Assembly (NCBI RefSeq): GCF_001194135.2
Contig: NC_068985.1
Coordinates: 72,435,146 to 72,499,145 of the forward strand
DNA length: 64,000 nucleotides
DNA from: Octopus bimaculoides
Taxonomy: Eukaryota
Direction: 5' to 3'
Notes under the pieces: model-generated
Database searches by the model: none
Seen by the model: the letters and a program-made list of their open reading frames with translations, nothing else
What the model was told of the DNA's origin: nothing
Translations under genes and position numbers: made by a program
In this document: positions 24,701 to 39,700 of the stretch, piece after piece
Layout: each line of letters opens with the position of its first letter
Numbering within the stretch: the first letter of the stretch is position 1

Positions 24701-27700
24701 ACTCCATGTAGCCAGACTTTGTGGACACCCTGTATATAATCTTCAGTAGCTCATCACACTTTCATCCAATTAATGTTCTTAGCTGTTGTCATTCTATTCT
24801 TATGATTTTCTTAGATTTTTGACTTGAGTGTGTAGTCTTAATATTGGTTTCAAATTTCGGCACAAGGCCAGCAATTTTGGGGAAAGGGTAAGTCAATTAA
24901 CTCCAGTGCTCAACTGGTACTTATTTTATCAATCTCCAAAAGGATGAAAGGTAAAGTGGACGTTGATGGCATTTGAACTCAGAACGTAAAGATGGACAAA
25001 ATGTCGCTAAGCATTTTGTCTGGCATGCGAATGGTTCTACCAGCTTACCACCTTGTGTAGTCTTAATATTAATTAATTAGCTTAATATTTGTTGTTTACA
25101 TTCTAATTTCTTACAAGAACCAATCAAATTAACAAATTTAAGTTAGTTGCTTTACTTCATTTTTAGTAAGAGATAATGGTGGTTTACTGAACTTATAAGT
25201 GTAGCAAACTCATAAGAGGCAGAGAGGGAACGTAAGTTCGTTTGCCTGAACCTGAGAATTTATGGATTTCTCATTGGTTGAAAATTACTGTCCCTACACG
25301 AATCCATGTGATAAACTTCTTCAACGAAGTTCAGAATTCGTATATGGACAGTAATTTTCAACCAATGAGAAATCAATAATTTCTCATCTTCGGGCAAACG
25401 AACTTACGTTCTCTCTCCGCCTCTTATGAGTTTGCTACATAAGTAACATTGAGGGATTTCAGTAGCAGCCTTCATGCCTCTGAGTTGTTAATAAAAGATA
25501 GACTGGAATGTATATGAATTTAATGTACGTTGTTTAGTTAATTAGTTTGTTTAAACCAGTTGTTCTCAACTAGGTTCCATATGGACCCTGAGGGTCCATA
25601 TAAGGTTTTTGGGGCACCACACTAGCAAAATAGTAAACTGGAGATCCACAGTAGTATTTTGAAGGTCCTTGAAAAGTTGTAAATTATGTAAATGTATGTA
25701 TTGCAAGAAATATCTAAGTTTTTTTCTCTAACATTTTACTTAGTTCTTACTATGCAAGTTAATGTGTGAAAAACAAAATAGGAATTTTGAAAGAAGTTTC
25801 TTTAAAACTAGTTTTTAAACAACAAATGACTATGGAGTCCACTAGAATAAAATAGTAAACAGAGGGTTCCATAGATAAAAAAACAGTTGAGAACCACTAG
25901 TTTAAACCATCCTGGCTTAAACTGTACAGGAACCTCTGTTTAATAGTTAAGTATACGACTGATTAATTAAAATGTATCATCAATCTATAATCCTTATTTA
26001 ATATCTATTGTTATCTTATCCCCTCCATCACTCCACAGTTATCATTGTTGTAAAAATACATTATTACAGATCTTAACATGTCTGGGTTTTTTCAATCTGC
26101 AGGCCAAAGAGATGGTGCTTATATCGAATATGATTGCCAATAAGATCAAAGAAAAACAAGATGTAACTGAAGATGAGGTAAGTTAAATATTCATGTTTTA
26201 CAAACACATACACACCTATTTTAGTGTTGTTGTCTAAGGTCCTGTTGTTTATATATGTTACTGCAGCAGTAGTATTTGGTCAAAAAAAAAAAACTATCTC
26301 TGATCCAGTTTAAACATTCTACAAGTGCTACTCTCACACACTTGGTGGTGCTGCAGTACATGCTGCCTCGGCAATGGCAGTGTGTCAGCTATTTGAAGGT
26401 CTGTAAACTGCCACTGACTGCAAAACATTGAAGGTGCTTCTATGTAGGTATTCAATCTGCTAGAAATACCAGCCAAATTTCTCTCAAACTATACCCCATC
26501 TCAGTAAAGGAAGGATACTTGGGATAATATAATTCTAAATATACTGTGTTTGGCAATGAGATGAAATGGCCATGACAGGAATATGTTTGATTGATAGGTC
26601 TACTTGATCAAAGCTCAATGATGGTGATAGAGGTGTTCTTCTGGCCTAATTCATCACCATATTTTGTGTCATTTTAAAAATTATTTTCAATGTTCATATA
26701 TGAACATCTCAAATTTCTTGTTTCTTGAATTCTCCAAAATTTAAAACATTGCAATTTTATAAAACAATTTCTTATTTATCAATTTCATGATAACTTTTTG
26801 TATTCATAATTTGGTTTGATTTTTCAGTTACATTATTTGTGTTCTTTATTTTATGATTACTTTCAGACTATTCGCTTCAAGTCCTATTTACTGAGTATGG
26901 GTATACCAAATCCTGTCACCAGAGAGACACATGGAACTGGTGACCGTTATTATCTCCAGTTGGCACAGCAACTTAATGACATCTTGAAAAAGCCAATTGC
27001 TGTATGTTCAAATTTGATATTAACAACTGTTTTATTAATGTTCACCTCATGCCAACCCAGCATAGCTGTGAAACCACTCTACATTCCAGGTTTCAGACTA
27101 AACACTTCCTCCAGAGTAGTGGTTCCTGACATTTTCATTACCAAAAACGCCTTTTATTCAAATTAATTTTCTCACAGATTTTTGAAATATTTGTCTACTC
27201 AGTAAGCTAATTTTATTAACTAACCTGCAATTATATGTAGCTGTATAATTTTACATTTTAAATTAGAATCTTTTAGAGTTTTAACCTTGCTAATACTATT
27301 GTCCAGGTTGGTAACTGCTGTTTTCTACAACTGCAATCTGTTGGAAATCTTTCCTTGTTGATATATATCCTGCAAATTGTCAATCTGAGCGTCAAGTGCT
27401 TAATTCTCATCAGTCTGAGAGTCTGCAAAGAATCTGCACACTGCACTCTTCATTCTAGTTAGAGTATAACTCCACTCCTCCTCTCAACCTTGGTGTGTCA
27501 TCTTGTTAGGTGAGATCTAACATGATCTTATCACTTCTGTTGGAGTTTTTTCTGCTTTTCTTTTGTGTCAACTATATTTACCATCCACTATCAGTACTTT
27601 CAACACCCTTACACGGGAGCCTCTATGCAGTTGCTAAACATGCTAGAAAGAGCAGCCATATCTCCCTTAAGTCACTTATTATATGGCATCCTGTTTCCTG

Positions 27701-30700
27701 CGATAGAGTTATTCAAAATAGAATGCAATGTGTAAAATAGTAGGGACATCTATTTAATGCCTCAATCACATTTGTAAATTTACATAGAAACAGAAGCAAA
27801 ATTATCCTTTTTGGATACAGTATTCAACTATCCAGCCCATGGACCATGGATATAAACCCAGTCCAGCTTATTTACCATGAGTTCTAATATATGACAGAAA
27901 AATTTCCAATGTTAGTATTTTAAATTGCCTGATTACTTAGCTGAGGAAGTCTAGTATGAGTGAAACATGCATGGATTTGTCAGTGTACTTAGAATTCAGA
28001 TTCTCTTCCCACAGCATGTTTCATCTAATTTTTAATCAGTCTACACTATGGTCTCCTCACTGTTCTCTTTCTTGCATTTTAATTAGTTAAAATTGTTTTT
28101 TGATCAACCTCCCCCTCCCACACTTTCCTACGACCTGCTCTCTCTTTCAGCCTTCTCCTGTTTACTGTATCATCATTGGTATTCTACTACTAACCCCAAC
28201 CCTTTTTCTCCATTGACTTCTACTCACCCAGCTCATGCATCATTGGCCATTTCCAAACCTTTATTCACCATTCACTATACCCACCTTTCAACCTTATCCA
28301 ATCTTTACAGTTATTGCCTACTTCCCCTTACCCATTCTCTGCCTCTCACTATCTCATACACTCTTGCAACTTTCACCCGCCTTCCCTCCTGGTTTCTCTG
28401 TTCCGCTCACTTCTATTTTTATCTCTTTCCAACTTCACTTGATCACTTCCACCTTCCCTTCTAAAATGTGAGTAGCTTTGTAGCTTCTTTACTGTTTGAA
28501 ACATGTTCTACCCCTTTCCTCATACCCATCATTTCCTTGTGTGAAGCCATGCTCTCAGAGTTTCATTGTCTTGCAAGCTGCATGGCAATTTTAGTAGTAC
28601 TGGTGGCACAAAAAAAGCATCCAGTACATGCAGTGACATGGTTGGCATTAGAAAGGGCATCTAGCAGTAGAAACTATACCAAAGCAAACACTGGAGCATG
28701 ATGTAGTCCTTGGACTCATCAGCTCCTGTGAAACCATCTTAGCCATGCCAGTATGGAACATGGATATAAAATGATATGATGATTATGGTGAAGATATACT
28801 AAATATGTTAGTGCACACATAAATATATGTGCTGTAGGTGAAATAGATACCATACTATTTAATGTTTTATTCAAAGGCCACTTGTCTTTCTATCTAAGAG
28901 CAAGTTTATCTCTTATCCACTCTATGTATTGAAAGTGAGGTCTAATCACCTACTATGAAGAACACTTTACTGCTTTTATAGATACTTAATTTGCAAGAAC
29001 TCATTACCAATTTTATGATTCCAGGAATGTGGTGGAATGATGACACTCACTGATGTCTACTGCCGAGTTAACAGAGCTCGTGGAATGGAGGTAATATTGA
29101 ACTTAGTATAATTTTCAACTTAATAATTATGTAAATGTTGATTGATTACCAAGTAAGCTTTCAGTGAGTTAAATCAGTGATGCAATTTCTATTGTTACCT
29201 GTCATCAGAAAGACATAATCATCAAACTACTGGTGCTTCCTCTCACAAAATATCTCAGATAGTTCCATTTCTACTTCAAGAGGAAAAGAATGAAGACAAG
29301 AAACCAAGATAATATGCATTGTCCATCATATACTATGAAAATTTCATTGTAAAATATCTCTGGAGCCAGAGAACTTATGGAATTGTAGTAACTCAAGCTA
29401 AGTGTGTTGGTTTTGTTTTTGTTTTAATAGTGCCCTGGACTGGCTCTTGTGCGGGTGGCACATAAAATACACCATTTTGAGCGTGGCCATTGCCAGTACC
29501 GCCTGACTGGCCTTCGTGCGGGTGACACGTAAAAGCACCCACTACACTCTCTGAGTGGTTGGCGTTATGAAGGGCATCCAGCTGTAGAAACTCTGCCAAA
29601 TCAGATTGGAGCCTGGTGTTGCCATCCGGTTTCACCAGTCCTCAGTCAAATGGTCCAACCCATGCTAGCATGGAAGGTGGAGGTCGTTAAACGATGATGA
29701 TGATGACACTGAACCGCAACAGATATGTGAGACATGTGTGATTTTGAAATATGTTTTAATTTCATTATGTCAGAGATAAATTTTGATACATCTGATAAAG
29801 TCAATTTCTTGGATGCACTTTGACCACAGTCTATGGGTTGTTGTCATGTGGGCAGATCCAGCACATTGAGATTGTCAGGCGTGACATTTTCAATACTGTG
29901 TATGCCCTCCCTGGGTGTTCAAAATGGCCATACACCATCAGTACATGGAGTGCATGAGGTGGTTCACAAAATCCATTGGCACCTGTGCCCACACCCTGAT
30001 GAAAGCTGCGTCCAGTTCTACACGAGTTGTTGGCTTTGTGATCACCTGATTCAGCCGTCACTGGATTTCATCCTACAGGTGTTCAGTTGGATTCAAATCC
30101 GGGCTGAGAGCTGGCCATGGCATGGTTCTGATGTTGTGCTGATGCAGGAAGTCCATGGTGACCCTGACCGTGTGGGAGGGAGCATTGTCCTGCTGGAACA
30201 CGTGGCTATGGTAACATGTGAAGAAGGGCATGATGTGAGGTCTTAGGATCTGGTCAACGTAGCGCTGCGCTGTGATGCCCTTCCCTCTGCCAGCACCAAC
30301 ATTTTGGAAAACATGGGGCCCATTTCTCTGATTCAGGCCTATAGCACCCCAAACCATGATGCTTTGGCCACCCCACATGTCTCTCTCCATGACGCATGTG
30401 TCTCTGTAGTGTTCCCTCCTACACAATACCTTCACTCTGCCATCTGAGGTGGAAACACAGTACCAGCTATTGTCAGAGAAGACTATCGACCTTCATTGTT
30501 GATGCCACCAATATCAGTGCTGTGTAACCCACTGTAGTTGTGCCTGACAGTGGCAGGCGGTGAGGACAGGCCCTCAAGCAGGACGACAGCAACACAGGTT
30601 GTTGGCAGCCAGTCGATATCATACCATGTCATCACTGATGGGTCATTGTCCAGTGCCAATGGTCTCATGAACTGTTATGCTGGCCAGTCTAAAGCAATCA

Positions 30701-33700
30701 CAAAGGTGTTGCAGGTGAATGACGTGATCCTGCCTGGGTGTGGTCACCCGGGGGCATCCTCTGCGGGCACAGTCTGCAGTGCTGTTGGTGGTGTTGTATT
30801 GCTGTTGCAGGTAATAGATGGTGCACATGGACATTGTAAGCTTTCGCAACAACCAGGGCATGCTACCCTGCTTGCAATCTGTCGAAAGCTTGTTCTCTCT
30901 GTGCTACTGACAATTGGGTCATACTTGATGCGTCCAAATTATGAATGCCAGGAACGTGGGTCAAGTTGTTTTTTATACCCATAACCTCCACAAGGTTTCC
31001 ATGACAGTTGTTTGCGACTGCCACCCATGGTATTCAACATAGCTGCATTTTGGCATCTCAATTCAGAGAAAGTTGAAAAGTTACCTGCAATTTGGGTTCT
31101 CAGCCATAAACTGGTATGTCTTGAAATATTTACTCTTACATCCCTGAAATAAATTTTCAGAATTTACCACATAAAAATGACATTTGAAAAAAAATCATGT
31201 TTCTTTTGCAGTTCAGTGTATGTGCACATAGCTTTCAATCTAATCAGGATTTTATGCTAAGGATATAGTATTTCCTAATCAGTGGTTCTCAACTGGGATC
31301 CATATGGCCCTTGAGGGTCCATATAAGATTTTGTCATTAAAACTTATGTACAATAAATTGCTTATACTTCTACAATACACAAAATGTTCTAATTTTCTTA
31401 TACAATTCTTTAAAATATTCAATTATAAAAATACAGTAGGATGTTTTTCATATATATATCAAATAGTTACGGCAGGTCAGTAGAGTAAAATAGGAACCAA
31501 ATGGGTCTGTACGTAAAATAAATGGTTGAGAAACACTGCTTTAAATGCATGAATGTGAAGAAGACATTACAAATGAGAGATGTCAATTGCTGATACCCAG
31601 AATACAAGAAGCTAAAACAAAGTACATTTATTTGGGAATGGAACACAGATCCCTGACATTGACCGTCAAAAACTTGCTGTCTAACCATGTTGTTGCTTAT
31701 GTCTTGTAACAGACCAATGAAAAGGGTTATTGTTAACAGGCCAAATGACCATATAGAGGCTGTTTGTAAATTCTCTTTATATCTTTCATTATGTTTCTGA
31801 CATTTTATCTATTGGTTTACAATTTTTTGGTTTGTTTCAGTTGTTATCACCTGAAGATTTGCTACACGCTTGCGAAATCATGGAATCCTCTGATCTAGAT
31901 ATCAGGTCAGCCAACTGTTGTTATTGTTTTCTTTTCATAGCTCAAGCATTCTCATCGTGATTTCTGTTAAGAAATTTTCTGGGAATATTATTGTTTTCAT
32001 CATCATCATCATCATCATTTAGTGTCTGTTTTCCATGCTGGCATAGGTTAGATGGTTTGACTGGAGCTGGTAAACCAGAGAGCTGCAGCAGATTCCAGTC
32101 TATTTTGGCTTGGTTTCTACAGCTAGATGCCCTTCTTAATGCTAATCACTCCACAGAGTGCACCAGGTGTCTTTACCATGTCACCAGCATGGGTGCTTTT
32201 TACATTTCACAGGCACTGGCCACAACTACTATTTCTTCTCAAGCATAGCAGATCACCAATAGTTTCAGTTATTTGTCATCACCTACCCTAGCCACTTGTT
32301 TAGATGATTTCAAAAATATTAGAAAAGTTGAAATAATCATGAATAATAATGATAATAATAGTACCCATGCACTGTCCTACCCATGAATGCATGGAAAATG
32401 GACATTTAACGACGATGATCACACACACACACACAAAACTTGAATTGGGAAGTGTGGGTTCCTACAAGTGAGACGCTAGATCATATAATGAAGGATTCTC
32501 TTGTCACCATTTCTAGAGGTGGTAGGCAATATTAAAATTCCTCTCTTTTATCTAATTGTCACACTGCTGACTTTATGGTTCCAATGTCTCTCCCTGTTGC
32601 TTTGCCTCATTTAAGTCAAAGTGATATTTAAGCTGAACCTCAACTGTCTCAATGTCATCAGTGAAGGAGCCTACAAAGGTCATGGCACTTACTTTCTGCT
32701 TTACTAAGCCTGTAAAAACAGCTTGAAGGTGTATATTTATAATATGCAATCTGCAATCATCTGGTGTTTTACGCCTGGTTGTGGACATTTTCAGGTTGGA
32801 TTCAAACTAGGAATCTTTACTTCTAAACAGATACCTGGTGTATTGTCTGTGTTTATGTGGGCTCTCAACCTGCTTGAAATAGAGCAAAATTTCCCTCAAA
32901 TCATACCACATTGTCTTCATATGTGAGGGACACATTAGATAATGTAGTCCCAAATTCCTTCTAAAAAGATGATATGATCATGGTTGGCATGCCTCTGATC
33001 AGAGATCTGCTTAATTGGAGTTGACTTGATGCTAAGCAACAACACCAATGAGAAAGCCTACTATATTAAAAAAAGGGGGATACGTTGAATAATATAGTCT
33101 TAGATAATCGAAAATACTGGATAGTCAGGACTGGTAGGTCTTTCCCTATTGGCTGGTATCTAAATCAGTAGAGCTTTATATCAGTTAACTTTATATTTCA
33201 TTTTCCCAGGGTTGATAAAATAAAGTACAAGTACTGGGGTTGGTATAACAGAACATTCTTCTCCACTCACTCCAAAAAATTTCTTGCCTTGTGCCTAATG
33301 ATTTATATCATTGTTTTTGCTGTTGTTGTTGCTTTCCAAATTGGCTGATTGAGCAGATCTATGATCAAAGGTGTTGAAGCCATGATTGTTCTCTCATTTT
33401 CTTCAGGTTTAGTCTGTCTAGGACCACATCATCTAATCTGTCCTTTCTCTTTTTAAGGCTGTAGAGTATGATTTGAGAAAAGTTCTGTTGCTATTTTGTG
33501 CTGATGGTTTGCATAATTTGTGACTGTTACAAAAAATTTTGAAATTATCAGTTTATCATGGCGTAGGAGTGGCTGTGTGGTAAGTAGCTTGCTTACCAAC
33601 CACATGGTTCCGGGTTCAGTCCCACTGCGTGGCACCTTGGGCAAGTGTCTTCTACTATAGCCTTGGGCCGACCAAAGCCTTGTGAGTGGATTTGGTAGAC

Positions 33701-36700
33701 GGAAACTGAAAGAAGCCTGTCGTATATATGTATATATATATATATGTGCGTGTGTGTATATGTTTGTGTGCCTGTGTTTGTCTCCCCAACATCGCTTGAC
33801 AACCGATGCTGGTGTGTTTACGTCCCTGTAACTTCGCGGTTCGGCAAAAGAGACAGATAGAATAAGTACTAGGCTTCCAAAGAATAACTCCTGGGGTCGA
33901 TTTGCTCGACTAAAGGCGGTGCTCCAGCAATGCTGCAGTCAAATGACTGACACAAGTGTAGCAAACTCATAAGAGGCGGAGAGAGAACGTAAGTTCGTTT
34001 GCCCGAACATGAGAAATTATTGATTTCTCATTGGTTAAAAATTACTGCCCATATACGAATTATGAACTTCGTTGAAGAAGTTGTTCACGGGGTTACAGTT
34101 CTATGATTCGTGTATGAGTAGTTATAAAAACCCTGATTTTCGGCAAACTCTCCAGTGATCATTGGATGCTACTAAAATCCACGACACTTACCCTTTTGAG
34201 TATCGGCTAATATATATGCCATGATATATCTGACAATATTGAATTGTCGTGAAACCTTATAGTTAGAATGAGAAATTAGTTAATATAAAATTTAAGTCGT
34301 AATTATCTACAACGAAATCATTTGTTTCTAAATATCTATAAATGTCAAAAAACTGTATATAATAAATTAATGTAGAAACTTAATTCCTTTTACTTCTTGT
34401 TTCTTTCAACTTGTTGAATTTATTTCTGTATATTAATGAAACTATTTTTTTATGTGTAATGGTCAAAAAAATATAATCTAAATCTTCAACATACATGTAC
34501 GTATGAACGCACGTTCAGCGTCTTGGTATGATACATCATAACATTTACGCAGCCTAAACTAAGAGTTATGCTAAGTGATAAATACTTATAATTAAGTTAT
34601 AAGTAACGAGATTATCATTATAGCTTTTAATTAAGAAACAATATTTGTTATAACTTACGAATGAAAGCATTGTAAATAAAGATATAGTATATCTCACACT
34701 TCAACGACCTGTTGTGATAACAATCACATAAAACAAGTAAAAGAGTTATACTTTCATTTGTTTTTGCTTCAGGTTACGTATTTTTGACAGTGGTGTTATG
34801 GTGTTACAGAGCCAGTCCCACAATGAAGAACAAGCCATTGAGCGGACTATAGAGATGGTGAGTATTAATTTGAATTTAGGAAGAATTCTATTATTGTTGT
34901 TGACAGATTCAATTATAAATGTAACATCAAGATTATCCCTTTAGCATTTAAACCGATGGTATCTGGCTCAAATGCTATACCAGTTTTATGTTCAAACCAG
35001 CCAGACCTGGCCTCTCATAACTGCCCTGCAATGTTATTTTAAAAAATAAACAATCCCATCATCAAAATCTCAAAACTATGAGATAATGGCTAATTAATTC
35101 AAAACAATGTGAATAAGAAAGCATTACATTTGAGTGAGGAACCTGAATGCTAAGTGGGGTTAAATCTTTTCTTGCATGGCCACAACCATATTGACTGAAA
35201 CCAGTGATAAAGTATTAGCTTTGTCTATAGAGATTGTTATTTTCATCCATTTTTACCAGACTTGCATAGGTAGGATAGCAATGTCTTAATAATTGTTGGG
35301 GCTCAGTATCTTATGCCTACCACAGCAGAGAAATAAACCATTCTTTACATCATATGTAAACAAACATAAGTTTGTTTTTGAAGCATTGAAATGTATTGTA
35401 GAACAAGTAGAAAGATAAATTTTTTTCAGCACGTAAATACTGAACAGCATAGATAAAGGATAAAATCTTTTTAAGAGCAGATACTGGAGTGGTGTGAGTT
35501 CGATCCCCATGACTGGTTGCCAGCAAATTTTTATGTTCTTAAAAGGATTTTATTCTGTATATATACTGTTCAGTATTTACATTTTGAAAAAAATATATCT
35601 TTCTACTTGTTCTACGCCCATTCTTTATTGTTGTGTATACCACAAACTTTTGTTGTGGACAGCTGTGTAAAGAAGTGCCAATCTCTAACTGTGGAGGGAA
35701 CCTTTGGAAGAGATAGACCCAGAAAGACATGGGATGAGGTGGTGAAGCATGATCTTCAGCTGCTGAGTACTACAGAGGCGATGACAAATGATTGAGACCT
35801 TTGGCGATTTGCTTTACTTGAGAAGACACATCAAGCCAAGTGAAATTGTAGTCGTGACCAGTGCTGATGACACATAAAAGGAGTTTTTGGCATTAGGAAG
35901 GGCATCCAGCCGTAGAAACCAAGCCAAACCAGACTGGAGCCTGGTACAACTCTCCAGCTTACCAACCCCAGTCAACCATCTAACCCATGCCAGCATGGAA
36001 AACAGGCATTAAATGATAATGATGTTTTTATGGCTTGGTAAGCCATAAAAACATTGATAGCTAATTTACATCATGGTTTGGTTGCATTTCGTTGTGTCAT
36101 TGGGATTCAAGAGGTTCTTCCCTCCCTAGACTAAAAGAGTTCTCTCAATCATGTGTTATACTTACATCCACATGATGTTTTGATTGGTTTGGTTTTGATC
36201 TTCACATCTGGTATCTTATTCCTAGAGAAATACTTAATATTGGACTGGGTTTTAACTAGGAATCTTAATACCTGAACTAAGGTTAATAATATCCTTATTC
36301 CCTGGCTCATTGATGTATGTACATTCCTAGTTTGAATTCACCCCAATACACATCCATGAATAAGACACCTGATGATGATCAAGAATCAAAACAATTGAAA
36401 TGGTTTATATGTAAAAGTTTAAGGAAATTTTTCTCATCTCTAAATATGAGATTAATAGTCTGAAAAATTAACTTTAATAACCATAACTCAGACATTTATC
36501 TCATCAACATCATCTTCATGTCTATTAACATTTACTTTCTCATAGATTTGATAGATCTCCTGCACAGTATGTTGTCAGTATGTTGAAAAATAAAACATTT
36601 TAATATATTGCATGCATTAAGGCATCAGTCTGAGGACAGAGACAGAATTGTAAGCATGCTGGGTAAGATGCTTAGTAGCATTTCATCTGTCTTCATGTTC

Positions 36701-39700
36701 TGAGTTTAAATTCCATCGAGGTTGACTTTACATTTCATCCTTTTCGGACTGATAAGTACCAGCTGAATACTGGGGTCAATGTAATCGACTTACCCCATCC
36801 CCCCAAGTTACTGACCTTGTGCCAAGATTTGAAATCATTATATTGCATGCATTTGTGAAATACAACATTGATATTTGTGCTTGAATTAGTTTCCAACTAT
36901 CTGTCACTGGTTAATCAATCATGCAGTGAGCATGATTGCTTATCAATCTAGTCAATCTTTTATCATGTCATCTTTAATATCTGGAAATAAGTTAATCAGT
37001 CAATAAAAACATCAAGAAATGAGTTTAACTACAGATCAGCTCTGGTAGAGTATATCCATGATCAGTGCCATTCATTTTGTGACCAACTCATCTTTTTTGA
37101 GGAATTGTGTTATTCATTATATCCTTTTTTCTTTTAAGATAGAAGAGTGTAATTTGAGCAAGTTTGGCTGCTGCTACTTCTAAGTTGAGCATAGAAGCTC
37201 CTTTGTTGGTTTATGAGGTCTGTTGGGATGAATTTTAAATGAAACATCTAATGAGGATTCCTGCATACCAATATATCCAAAGCCTTTATGTTGTTGCTTG
37301 ACCTGCTAGAAATAGCAGTCAAATCTCCTTCATATTATAATCTGCTTTAAAAAAAGAACATATTCAATAACATAGTATTAGATAACCACACTATGCCTGG
37401 AAAAAAATACAGGATAGTCATGACTAAAATGCTTCCAATCTTAAGTCTTCTTGATCTCATCTGATTATTGTTATTATTATTATTATTTATTATTATTATT
37501 AATGCAACAATGATGATGATAAAGCTCGTAGCTATTTAAGTTTCTCATGATATGAAACTTAGAATATTGAAGAATTAAAACTAGATTTGCTGAAGTACAA
37601 TTTTCTGAAGAAACAAAATATAATGTATTTGGATCTTTATTTCCAGGTGGAACAGAATGGTTCTTTAACTGCTGAAGAACTCTCACAGTGCATTGGTGTT
37701 TCAGTCATTTTAGCCAAAGAAAGGTAAGCTTATACAAAAAGAAACCTCAAACCATTTTTCCATATCCATTTTCTTTAGAGAGCTCTTACCCCTACTGGCG
37801 ACAAAGGGACTCTCACTCAGAGTAAAAGGCAGACTGTATGACGCATGCGTACGAACAGCCATGCTACATGGCAGTGAAACATGGGCTGTAACTGCTGAGG
37901 ACATACGTAAGCTCGCAAGGAATGAAGCCAGTATGCTCCGTTGGATGTGTAATGTCAATGTGAATACCCGTCAGAGTGTAAGTATCTTGAGAGAAAAGCT
38001 GAACATTAGAAGCATCAGTTGTGGTGTGCAAGAGAGACGATTGCGCTGGTATGGACATGTGGTGAGAATGGATGAGGATAGCTGCGTGAAAAAGTNNNNN
38101 NNNNNNNNNNNNNNNNNNNNNNNNNNNNNNNNNNNNNNNNNNNNNNNNNNNNNNNNNNNNNNNNNNNNNNNNNNNNNNNNNNNNNNNNNNNNNNNNNNNN
38201 NNNNNNNNNNNNNNNNNNNNNNNNNNNNNNNNNNNNNNNNNNNNNNNNNNNNNNNNNNNNNNNNNNNNNNNNNNNNNNNNNNNNNNNNNNNNNNNNNNNN
38301 NNNNNNNNNNNNNNNNNNNNNNNNNNNNNNNNNNNNNNNNNNNNNNNNNNNNNNNNNNNNNNNNNNNNNNNNNNNNNNNNNNNNNNNNNNNNNNNNNNNN
38401 NNNNNNNNNNNNNNNNNNNNNNNNNNNNNNNNNNNNNNNNNNNNNNNNNNNNNNNNNNNNNNNNNNNNNNNNNNNNNNNNNNNNNNNNNNNNNNNNNNNN
38501 NNNNNNNNNNNNNNNNNNNNNNNNNNNNGCACATAAAAGACACCATTTCGAGCGTGGCCGTTTTCGTGCGGGTGACACGTAAAAGCACCCACTACACTCT
38601 CTGAGTGGTTGGTGTTAGGAAGGGCATCCAGCTGTAGAAACTCTGCCAAATTAGATTGGAGCCTGGTGTTGCCATCCGGTTTCACCAGTCCTCAGTCAAA
38701 TCGTCCAACCCATGCTAGTATGGAAAGCGGACGTTAAACGATGATGATGATGATGATGATGATAAGCAGATTAGAGACAAATCACTAGACTAGAATCTCT
38801 TGTGTATTATGGAAGGTATTTTTTCAAGGAACATTGTATGACAAACCAGTGCATCACACACATCTATTTCAGTTCGCTGTCACTGCTTATACCAGAGATT
38901 ACCAATTTTTTTGATTTTGCAGCACAAAAATTATTGGTGCATGGAAATTAAAAAAAAGAACACAGCTATATTTTATATTAAAAAATTTAGAAAAAACAGA
39001 AAACTTTTGGTTGCTTTTATATTATTTATCATAGTATTTATAACAAAATCATGAATAATATATATTTTTAAGACTCTCAGTCATTAGTATGGACTTCCTA
39101 GAATTTATATTTTTTAAAAATCTGTGGCATACCTAGATACCCCTCACAGCATACCAGTGTAATGGAATATACCATTTGATGTACCATGTACTTGTTGATA
39201 CACTAGTGAGATATACTTACTTAACATCTACTATTGAGACTTTTATACACTTGTATCTTTTCAACAATAATATGTAAGTTCTAAATTTTTCTGTTTACTT
39301 TTTCATTAAATATCCTGTATTTGTGAACGATGGTATCATTAGTCATAGATTTCCAAAGGCCCAGTCATTGGTTCATTGCATTTTCTATGGCAAGTGTGAC
39401 AAAGGAATGTCTGCACAACTTGGTGGAATAAATACCACAGGATGTTTAATTTTGATATATCAGTTTGTTAGTAATTTCTTGTTGCTGTGTATTATCATTC
39501 ACCTGTCTAGCTGCAGTTTTTTGCTGTAATTAAATGAGAGCAGAACTGTATATCTTTTCAATTATGATGCCAGTTATCTTTCTCACTATCTAGAACCACT
39601 TCACTTGACAACCATCTTCCATTTTTTAATATTGTTCCTCTCCACTCACATTTTACATCGATCATGCTACCCATCTTTGCTACCAAATTATCTCTCCTCA

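Noticed and set aside
32573-32788. Minus-strand ORF in intron 10 with possible splice sites (a nested gene?)
   Set aside because: No recognisable homology, no partner exons with compatible phase, and it borders a dispersed repeat.
33565-33625. tRNA-like A/B boxes (also at 51540-51607 and in family B heads)
   Set aside because: SINE heads without a complete cloverleaf or acceptor stem; not tRNA genes.
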